A stretch of 64,000 nt of DNA from an uncultured virus (IMG/VR IMGVR_UViG_3300011830_000001) (Duplodnaviria > Heunggongvirae > Uroviricota > Caudoviricetes): positions 1-64,000 of IMG/VR virus record IMGVR_UViG_3300011830_000001, one strand, 5' to 3'. The notes beneath the pieces are model-generated. The model searched no databases. It saw only the letters and a list, made by a program, of their open reading frames with translations, and was not told where the DNA came from. Positions 56,676 through 64,000 of this stretch are shown one piece after another (positions within the stretch are counted from its first letter, which is position 1; every line of letters begins with the position of its first letter). The position numbers and the translations under genes were made by a program.

Positions 56676-56993
56676 GTGGACTTCGATAACAAAGACGTGG
56701 CAATCGTGGCAGCAATTTCGCTGCTGTGCGGCATTGCGTCATGGATGCAGGGACGACGAGAAGGGCGTAACGAATCGGTGTGGGACTTAGGTGGCGAATT
56801 ACTTAATTCGCTGGTGGCGGGCGCTATCGCATTTTGCGGAGGGAAATACGAGGAATTTAATCAGTATTGCATCCTCCTGGCAGTGCTGATGGCGGCCAAC
56901 AATGCAACAGAGGTGAGGCAGAAGTGCCGGGATTTAGTCAGGGGTATCGAAATCTCCAAAATCATGGCGCTGCTGGGTAAAGGGAAAAAATAA
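56676..56993 (+). CDS. lydA: LydA-like holin
   Basis: 105 aa with hydrophobic segments; first gene of the dar operon. Confidence 0.75.
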   Translation: MDFDNKDVAIVAAISLLCGIASWMQGRREGRNESVWDLGGELLNSLVAGAIAFCGGKYEEFNQYCILLAVLMAANNATEVRQKCRDLVRGIEISKIMALLGKGKK

Positions 56994-57415
56994 TGCTGAT
57001 TTCAACGTCAACAGTCGCGCTCGCCGCTCTGGCGGTCGCCGTGGCAGATCGTGTATTGCTCCGCCGTTGCGGGGTGAAGCTGGTAAATCTCGGGGCGGCT
57101 CAGAAAGAAGGGGAGCTGACCGCTTTCCCTATCGCGTTTGTGAAACGCTCATCCCGTCTTAAAGGGGCGCGAATCGAATACTGGCTGCGTCGCGCCGACC
57201 AACCCAACCTGATCATATCGGGTGTCCACCGCACGCTTGACCTGTCCAGTGCCGGGATTAACAACGAACTCCTGACTTTCAAGAGCGCATATCTCACGCC
57301 TGGCGAGTGGGAATTGCAGGTAAGGATCACGCATGGCGACAGCTGCTGGAATCCGGTTTACCGCCTGTTTCCGAACCAGAGCATTACCCGCAAGCGGGTC
57401 ATCATCCGGGGCTAG
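56993..57415 (+). CDS. lydB: LydB-like antiholin
   Basis: N-terminal hydrophobic segment; GA.IEYWL, RTLDLS..G.N.E, THG....NP.YRLFP. Confidence 0.78.
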   Translation: MLISTSTVALAALAVAVADRVLLRRCGVKLVNLGAAQKEGELTAFPIAFVKRSSRLKGARIEYWLRRADQPNLIISGVHRTLDLSSAGINNELLTFKSAYLTPGEWELQVRITHGDSCWNPVYRLFPNQSITRKRVIIRG

Positions 57416-57417
57416 TC

Positions 57418-58041
57418 ATGGCAAACACCTATCACGTACTGAATTTTGACGATCTGAACCCGAAAGGCCTTAAGCCGCTGATGAACGCGCTTAAAAAAGC
57501 GGGTGGCGACATTGTGAAACTGGAGCCAGCCGGGCCAGCCCGGCGCAAAGACGGCGTACAGATGAAGACCTTTGGCCTGATCAACGTGGACGGGCAGGAG
57601 ATCGCCATTAACGTCACCGAGACGGGCGATATCTCCGGCGCAACGCTGAACGGGAAGAACTATCCGGCGCTGGCCCCACAGAACATCACCGACATGGCGC
57701 AGCGTATCGTTGCCGCGTTTAACGCGAACGCTGCCGCCTATGCGAATGCGCTGGCGAGGAAGCTGGTACGCGCCGCCAATCAGGATACCGACCGCGCCAC
57801 GCGTGCGGGCGTGAAATCTGTAGCCCAACGCGTCAAAGAAACACGGGAGAAGGTCGGCACGCTGCACGGCAATATTGATCTGCTGAATCAGACCATTACC
57901 GAGCAGCAGCAGCGCATCAACGCTGCGCAGACCACCGCCAGTAACGCCACTTCGACCATTACCACGGAGACCGCCAAACAGCGTGCGCTGCGGGCTGAGA
58001 TCAAACAATTGAAGGACGCTATTTATGAGTATTCCAACTGA
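57418..58041 (+). CDS. hdf: Hdf (DarA-related antirestriction component)
   Basis: FDDLNPKGLKPL, RKDGV..KTF, TGDIS...LNGK; C-terminal coiled coil. Confidence 0.82.
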   Translation: MANTYHVLNFDDLNPKGLKPLMNALKKAGGDIVKLEPAGPARRKDGVQMKTFGLINVDGQEIAINVTETGDISGATLNGKNYPALAPQNITDMAQRIVAAFNANAAAYANALARKLVRAANQDTDRATRAGVKSVAQRVKETREKVGTLHGNIDLLNQTITEQQQRINAAQTTASNATSTITTETAKQRALRAEIKQLKDAIYEYSN

Positions 58042-61000
58042 TTTTTACCCACGTATCCGGGTAAAGGACTCTCCCGTAGCGATGTTCCCGAAAATGGATG
58101 ACAGCGCGGCAGAATCCCTGTTTACCAGCGACGCCAGAGAGGGGCTTTTGCTGGAGTCCTGCTCTCTGTCTGAGGTGGAAAACGCCTATATCGGTCACGA
58201 GCTGGTGAACGTGCAGTATACGGCGATGTTTGAGGCGATCAGCACCACCCGCTCCCAGCTGTCCCGCTCCATGCGTGCGTTTATCCGCAGGCTGAATTCG
58301 GCCCTGGCAAGCCACAACATCACCGCCGGAACGAAAGAGGGCGATCCGGACAGTGAGGACGGGATCGGCGGCGCGGAGATCAGTAAAGTCCGCAAGATCG
58401 CAGGCATCCCGATTATCGTGGCCCGCATCCCGCTAAGCGATGGTCAGTCTGTGTCGTTCGTGTTCCATTCGCCGACCAGCAACGGCAACAACATCACCGC
58501 ATCAGACACGCTGACCGTCTTCCGCTTTCTGTTGAACAAGCGCGACGTAACGCATGTTGTCGCCCCGCAAAACGGTGCAGATATCTCCCTGGCGCAGGTG
58601 ACGACCTATATGGCGAAGCTGATTGGCCTCAACAGCACCAAATTTGCCCGCAGCCAGTCTATTGCGAAGCGCACGCGGGACGAGCTGGGAGCCGCCGAGG
58701 CTGATGCCAATAACCTGCTTGCGCAGCAGGAAAGCCTGACCGAACAGGCCAACAGCCTGACCGCACAGGCGGACACCGCCGAGGCGGAGATCGTAAGCGT
58801 GACCGATAAGGCCACCAAAGCAGAGGCAAAAACTGCACAGCTCACCCAACAGCGCGACGAGTTACAGGCACAGCTTGAAGACCTGAAAAACCGCGCCCCG
58901 GAGGTTAACAACGCGCATGATGCCTTTACGCTGGGTTACACCGACGCGCAGACGGGCCAGCAATCTGGCATGGCTAATGTCGATGAGGCCTTTGTCGCCG
59001 ACTACAAAAAGGGCTGGAATCAGTTTCTGGCTGAGCAAAAGCAATATCTCAACACCCACGGCAACCTCGACGGCTTTATCCCCAATCCGAACCCGACCGT
59101 TACCCCGCTCAATCCGGATGACGTCTCCGGCGGGGATAAGCGCCCTGGGCTGTCCGGCGGCGGCAAAGATCTGACCGATGCCAGCCAGAAGGAAAAAGAC
59201 GACGCTGATGCTGATAAAAACCGCGAGAAGGGCGAGCACGAAGATCGCACCAGTGCTTTATTCTGGTATGGCCTGCGCCTGCGTGCAGCAGCGCCCGGCT
59301 CGGTACCGTCCAATCCGGCGGCAACCCTGACCGCTGACGAGACCGCCGAGCTGGAGATCGTGAAAAAACGTGGCATCACCCCGGACAACTTCCGCTTTGG
59401 TGCCGTCGGGTACTCCACCATGCTGACGCCTTCCGATCTCGATGCCTATGACCTGGTGGACTTCTCCAACCTCATCACAGGCAAGACCAACGTCGAAGCG
59501 CTGGATACCCTGCACGCGTGGGTGAATCAGATGGCCCGTACCGAAGAGGACATGACCTTTACCGAGTTTTGGGCGACGTTCTTCAACCCTCGGGGCGACC
59601 GCACTGATGAAGTACCGTTTAAAAACGGCAACGGGCAATTCGACGGCAAAGGCCTGATGCTGGCGATGCGCCAGCACTTCCCGAAACAGTCCCCGGCGGC
59701 GGTGATCGAGAACTGGTGGAATGAGGTAGAAAACGACGCCGAAGCTGACGCGACAAGCCAGCTGGCCCCAATGGCAGTGTTTGGCCTCCAGATTCAGGCC
59801 GAGCGCCCGAAGGTGCCCGGCGAGGCGATCTATAACGCGCTGGTGGCGGGCCAGTACGACGAAGACAGCAAGCTCCCTGCGCAGTTTATCCGCTCCGGCG
59901 CGTTCAACGCCGAGAAGCTCAACAAGCTACTCAAGCAGGCCTATCCGCGCCAGCCGGAGGCGATTGCCTACGCCGCGCTGCTGCGCGACACCAAAGCGGG
60001 CCAGATGACCGATCAGCTGATCGCCAACGGCGCAGAGAAACTGCTGGCAGGCCTGAAAAATCGGGGCATCGAGCTGCCGGAGAATATCGTTGAGCAGATC
60101 CAGACCGACGAAGCCGCCGCCCGCGCAGCGGTGCAGGCCAGCAGCGACGCGGCTAAATTCTTCGCTACCCCGCAGGGCAAAGCACAGTTTGGCAGCGTCA
60201 ACGACGCGATTATCGTCTATATCGTAAAAGCGCTGACGGGCATCTCTCCGGAGGTGACTGGCGCGGTCGAACAGCTCCAGAAAATGCTGACCTTCACCAG
60301 TGACGATCCGGCGGCATGGGAAGACCTCAAAGATCAGCTCCATATCTTCCGTGTGCTGCTCAAAATGAACGGGCAGATTCAGCAGAATCAGGTGCTGATG
60401 GATCAGGTAGAGCAGTACATCCAGGACGGCATTGCGAAGATCAGCACGGGCCAGCGTGATATCGATACGGGCGAGAAGGCCGCAACTTACATCACGTATC
60501 CGGTACCCGCCGACCTGTCAGAAATGTCCTCTAAAGACGTCTCTGACATGGTGCAGCGCATGAATTTTGTGACGATGCGCCTCGGTATGATCAAAAAGGC
60601 GTTTGCCACCTCCACAATCCAGGGCGGCAATGACGAGCTGGCGCAGCAATCGAAGTTCCTCGAAGACGTCTTTATGCGCAAGGGCGCGAGCACGGACGAG
60701 TGGAACGCGTTTTTGTCCCTGCTGGCCCCGGTACAGACCAGCAGCCGCGACGGCTTCACCAATGCCATCAATGACCGTATCGCCTGGGTCAATAAGCTGC
60801 TGGAGCCGCTGGAGGCTGAGCGCCAGAAACGCCGCGCTGAATTCATTGCAGGCAAAGCCGACCGAGAAGCGCGTAACGAGCGCATCCGCGCTGCTGTGAA
60901 GCTGCTGGAAAACACCTTTGACCTGACCCCGCTGACCATTGAAGACCTAAACGCGGGCGATCAGGAAGTGGCTGACGCTATCAAAGTCCTGAACGACGAA

Positions 61001-61360
61001 GGCGTTACCGACCAGTACACCTCCACCATTGCCGACGCCCTGAGTGATATGGCGGGCTACCGGGCGGAATTTATGGCTCAAAACGATACCACCAGCGCCA
61101 CTGACGAAACGCCAGTAAACGGCGCGACCGCAGCGGGCAACGAAAGCATTGCAGCGGCCCTTGCCGTTATCAACTACGTGAACGAACTGGACACTGACGA
61201 TCAGACCCGCCTGACCGATGCACGCCAGCGTATCCGCGTAGCGGCGAACTACCTGAAAGAGCAGGGCCAGTATGACGCCCACTTTGACAAACTCGACAGC
61301 GCGACGAAGAACCTTTCCCGGCTCATGATCGCCGTCGCCAACAAGCTGCGGGAGGCGTAA
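58025..61360 (+). CDS. darA: DarA antirestriction protein, C-terminally extended (1111 aa)
   Basis: IPLSDGQSVSFVFHSPT, FLLNKRDVTHVVAP; DarA_C-like YGLRLR.AAPG.VP motif near 59260. Confidence 0.88.
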   Translation: MSIPTDFYPRIRVKDSPVAMFPKMDDSAAESLFTSDAREGLLLESCSLSEVENAYIGHELVNVQYTAMFEAISTTRSQLSRSMRAFIRRLNSALASHNITAGTKEGDPDSEDGIGGAEISKVRKIAGIPIIVARIPLSDGQSVSFVFHSPTSNGNNITASDTLTVFRFLLNKRDVTHVVAPQNGADISLAQVTTYMAKLIGLNSTKFARSQSIAKRTRDELGAAEADANNLLAQQESLTEQANSLTAQADTAEAEIVSVTDKATKAEAKTAQLTQQRDELQAQLEDLKNRAPEVNNAHDAFTLGYTDAQTGQQSGMANVDEAFVADYKKGWNQFLAEQKQYLNTHGNLDGFIPNPNPTVTPLNPDDVSGGDKRPGLSGGGKDLTDASQKEKDDADADKNREKGEHEDRTSALFWYGLRLRAAAPGSVPSNPAATLTADETAELEIVKKRGITPDNFRFGAVGYSTMLTPSDLDAYDLVDFSNLITGKTNVEALDTLHAWVNQMARTEEDMTFTEFWATFFNPRGDRTDEVPFKNGNGQFDGKGLMLAMRQHFPKQSPAAVIENWWNEVENDAEADATSQLAPMAVFGLQIQAERPKVPGEAIYNALVAGQYDEDSKLPAQFIRSGAFNAEKLNKLLKQAYPRQPEAIAYAALLRDTKAGQMTDQLIANGAEKLLAGLKNRGIELPENIVEQIQTDEAAARAAVQASSDAAKFFATPQGKAQFGSVNDAIIVYIVKALTGISPEVTGAVEQLQKMLTFTSDDPAAWEDLKDQLHIFRVLLKMNGQIQQNQVLMDQVEQYIQDGIAKISTGQRDIDTGEKAATYITYPVPADLSEMSSKDVSDMVQRMNFVTMRLGMIKKAFATSTIQGGNDELAQQSKFLEDVFMRKGASTDEWNAFLSLLAPVQTSSRDGFTNAINDRIAWVNKLLEPLEAERQKRRAEFIAGKADREARNERIRAAVKLLENTFDLTPLTIEDLNAGDQEVADAIKVLNDEGVTDQYTSTIADALSDMAGYRAEFMAQNDTTSATDETPVNGATAAGNESIAAALAVINYVNELDTDDQTRLTDARQRIRVAANYLKEQGQYDAHFDKLDSATKNLSRLMIAVANKLREA

Positions 61361-61363
61361 CCA

Positions 61364-61726
61364 ATGGCTCTTGACCCGTTAGAAAGGCTCGGCTTGCTGG
61401 ATGATCTCCAGGACTACCAGATCGCGCTGAACGGTACCACCGACCCGCTCGACCGCATGGACATTCTCGACGGCATCGCCAGCGTGATCGCGCAGCTCGG
61501 CGGCGAAGCCGAACCGCAGCCGGAGGGAACGCCGCAGCCGGATGCCGTGCCGGATATCGTCACCGCTTTTCTGAATGGCGATCTGTCCGATGCGACCAGT
61601 GACAACTTCATCAAGATCCTGGAAGAACTGGAGCAGTACGTTGGCAAATTCCTGACCCTCGCCGAGGTGATTGGCGGCGCGGAACAGTGGTGGGATGTGA
61701 CCGGGCACAAAGAACAGCAAGCCTGA
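61364..61726 (+). CDS. ddrA: DdrA
   Basis: 120 aa; L..LE.L.L.D.L pattern; follows darA. Confidence 0.7.
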   Translation: MALDPLERLGLLDDLQDYQIALNGTTDPLDRMDILDGIASVIAQLGGEAEPQPEGTPQPDAVPDIVTAFLNGDLSDATSDNFIKILEELEQYVGKFLTLAEVIGGAEQWWDVTGHKEQQA

Positions 61727-61761
61727 TAACCGCCCCGCCGCAGGGCGGGGTAAGGGAGAAT

Positions 61762-64000
61762 ATGCGTACCCGCAAAATGCGTACTCGCAGAATTACTGCC
61801 AGCTTTAAACTTTTCGGTAAGACGTCCGTTGCGCCGGATAAGCTGGCCCGTCAGGTGGATATCATTCGCCGGGCGATTAACAACCCGTCAGCGCGTGAAC
61901 GTATGCGCCTGATGGAAATGTATGGCTATTACGAAGTGCGCCCTACGGGCGAAGACCACGAAAATCCGCCAGCCTTCCGCACGATCAGCGTGAAGGTGGA
62001 CGACGACGGCACCGTCACCCATGTACAGGAACTGTTTGGTACGGAAACAGGTGATGAGGTCAGTGCTATGCAGCGCTCCGGCGTGGGCGGCTGGTCATGG
62101 GCTTATACCGATGGGCTTGGGCGTCCTGATTTCCGTGTGTTTAGCGGATTCGACTATAAGCGGTACCCAAACATCAATGATCGCTTCGGGAAGACTTCCG
62201 CGCTGTTTGAGGGTGCTCCGGAGGACGATCAGCGCCTGAGCATGATCAAGACCGGAACAGGGGCCAGCGTGTCTACCCAATGGCAGATCCGCGACCTGTC
62301 CGATCTGGTGATGAGTAACAAGCCCGACGGGCGCATCAATCCGGACTTCCCGGCGGAACTCCAGCCGCGTGACCGTACCAGACTCAAGAGCCAGCTACAG
62401 GTGCTCGATATTGCCCGTACGATGGACTTTGACCGCCTGAGCCGCTCGGAGTGGGGCGGAGCAGGTGCGCCGATTATTGGCCCCGATAACGTCGTGGAGT
62501 CTGGAAACGGTCGGACGATGGGGATAGCGCGAGCGTATGGCTCACAGCAGGCCGATCAATATCGTCAGAGCCTCATAGCCGCCCTGGGTGATTTCGGCCT
62601 CTCTAAGGCCGATTTAGACGGTATCAGCGAGCCTGTGCTGGTGCGCCAGCGCCTCGATGACGTTGACCGGGTGCAGTTTGCGCAGGATTGCAATGTGCAG
62701 CCGACCGGGCAACCGGAAGAGACCCGCGCCATGCTGGAAGCCGCCCGTAAGCCGAAGATCGACGAACCCGCGCCGCCGCCGTCCTTCCGGATGTGCAGCA
62801 GCGTGAAGGACGTGATCGGGCTTATCAGGGTGGCACAGGGCAAGCTCACCATGCAGGACAGGCCGCTGACCGTGATGAAGTTCGTTGCCGATCAGCTGAT
62901 GGCTCTTAAAAACCGCCAGCTGACGCGTACGGAATACATCCGGCTCACGCGCCCGCTGCTGGGTAAACCGACTGACGCCTACATGTTTCAGCCCGATAGC
63001 ATGATGGATACGCTCCGCCAGGTGCTGCCGAACTGCCCGCCCGCCGCGCTCCCGATTGACAGTGAAGCCTTTGAATTCGTCGTCTACGAGGGTAAGGGCT
63101 TTGACGTGCCAGCAATGGTGCGCCGCTGGGTGCAGGCCGGAAACGGGAGCAATGAGGCCAGCACTGACCAGCGCCGCGCAGCTGCACAGGACATCCTTAA
63201 AGCCTCAGAAGATGCGATGACGCTCAGTTATGCCAACGGATTGCCTGTCGTCAAATCGTATAACGGGCGCGTGTGGGCGTGGCTCGGCTGGATTTGTGAG
63301 GGCCAGCTCCCTGATATTAACGCGCTACGGCGGGCCAGTTACCAGCTGGCGAAATATGACATGCCGTTACCAGCACAGGCCAAAAAGCAGTATGACGAAG
63401 CGGTAGGTTTCGGGCAGTCATGGCTTGAAAGCGCTGAAGCACCGCGTAAGGCAACGCTCAAGGCGATGCGCGAAGATATCAGCGAAGGCAACCTGGCGGA
63501 TTATCTGACCAGAATCCGTGCGAAGCATCCGGGTCTGGCGAAGTATGCAAGCCGCCTTACGGCAATGATCCACTCCGGGCAATTTATCCAGTCTGGTGAC
63601 GGGGCTATGGACGGGATCGGCGTCGTGCTGGTGAACCTCGATTACTACAACGAGCCGTCATGGGGCCACTCATCCGCCACCGTGCAGCTGCGCGGCCTGA
63701 TGCAGCCCTACATGGACGCCATTAAAAACGAGGTGCAGCAGTTTATTGCCACCAGCAAGGTGAAACAGGCCGACGCCGATCAGTGGATCGGCACCATAGA
63801 TATCGAAGCGAAACTCTTACGCGCCCACGAAAAACGCTGGGGCAAAGGCGTGCTGCTGAGCTGGATCAAGGAGTGCTACCAGCTGGGCGGCGGGAAGTTC
63901 AAGACGCTGCGCTATTTCATCCTCGACCGCCGGAAAAAGCCCCGCGCATGCGCTCATGAGAAGGGCTATATCGTCATGAGCGGCGATACCACTAAAGAAA
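61762..64000 (+). CDS. ddrB: DdrB-like protein with N-terminal prohead-protease-like domain (3' truncated by the window)
   Basis: AGGGAG RBS; open to the window end, hence missing from the ORF track; ParB-like motif DGRINPDFPAELQPRDR...GAPIIGPDNVVESGNGRTM. Confidence 0.8.
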   Translation, partial: MRTRKMRTRRITASFKLFGKTSVAPDKLARQVDIIRRAINNPSARERMRLMEMYGYYEVRPTGEDHENPPAFRTISVKVDDDGTVTHVQELFGTETGDEVSAMQRSGVGGWSWAYTDGLGRPDFRVFSGFDYKRYPNINDRFGKTSALFEGAPEDDQRLSMIKTGTGASVSTQWQIRDLSDLVMSNKPDGRINPDFPAELQPRDRTRLKSQLQVLDIARTMDFDRLSRSEWGGAGAPIIGPDNVVESGNGRTMGIARAYGSQQADQYRQSLIAALGDFGLSKADLDGISEPVLVRQRLDDVDRVQFAQDCNVQPTGQPEETRAMLEAARKPKIDEPAPPPSFRMCSSVKDVIGLIRVAQGKLTMQDRPLTVMKFVADQLMALKNRQLTRTEYIRLTRPLLGKPTDAYMFQPDSMMDTLRQVLPNCPPAALPIDSEAFEFVVYEGKGFDVPAMVRRWVQAGNGSNEASTDQRRAAAQDILKASEDAMTLSYANGLPVVKSYNGRVWAWLGWICEGQLPDINALRRASYQLAKYDMPLPAQAKKQYDEAVGFGQSWLESAEAPRKATLKAMREDISEGNLADYLTRIRAKHPGLAKYASRLTAMIHSGQFIQSGDGAMDGIGVVLVNLDYYNEPSWGHSSATVQLRGLMQPYMDAIKNEVQQFIATSKVKQADADQWIGTIDIEAKLLRAHEKRWGKGVLLSWIKECYQLGGGKFKTLRYFILDRRKKPRACAHEKGYIVMSGDTTKE

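Larger units (their letters stand above)
1..64000. mobile_element. P1-like (Punavirus-type) phage-plasmid, partial genome
   Basis: P1-syntenic blocks lpa-pacA-pacB-c1-lox-cre, 26-25-7-24-6-5, 23-22-21-pmgG-bplB, pmgC-tub-pmgB-sit-pmgA-bplA-16-R-S-U and lydA-lydB-hdf-darA-ddrA-ddrB, together with a plasmid replicon, partition genes and a TA module. Confidence 0.96.

Noticed and set aside
114..57417. ORF-track upstream starts at 114, 10711, 12134, 14606, 30005, 42671, 51466, 56025 and 57307
   Set aside because: Downstream starts fit RBS position, translational coupling or P1 homolog length better.

Overview
The whole window is a contiguous part of a divergent P1-like (Punavirus-type) phage-plasmid, most likely from an Enterobacterales host. 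Family assignments come from recognising P1 protein sequences and gene order from memory, not from database searches. Left to right it carries: small accessory genes; hicAB (where P1 has phd-doc); an XRE regulator; lpa; an actin-type ParM/ParR partition cassette; pacA-pacB; c1; a lox-like site and cre; two lipoproteins; a candidate Aca-regulated anti-defence operon; a late operon mat-26-25-7-24-[extra sheath]-6-5; a second capsid-protein paralog; rdgC, dmt, lar and a candidate anti-defence fusion; a Rep_3 iteron replicon; PAAR-upfB; the head/tail block 23-22-21-pmgG-bplB-pmgC-tub-pmgB-sit-pmgA-bplA-16-R-S-U with no cin; and lydA-lydB-hdf-darA-ddrA-ddrB, which runs off the right edge. The most striking observations are: (1) two tail-sheath paralogs carrying about 12 and about 4 invasin-type Ig domains, plus two capsid paralogs; (2) a structured late RNA (15876-15981) with a 13-nt segment exactly complementary to the leader of the major capsid mRNA, which lacks a Shine-Dalgarno sequence; (3) an acr-aca-like operon with twin palindromic operators; (4) a Cre/lox pair with a 9-bp spacer; (5) 11-bp parC-like repeats both at the parM promoter and about 40 kb away; (6) a prohead-protease-like domain fused to DdrB; (7) a non-P1 late-promoter consensus and a dispersed AAATCTAAA operator-like motif. 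No tRNA, rRNA, CRISPR array or IS element was seen.
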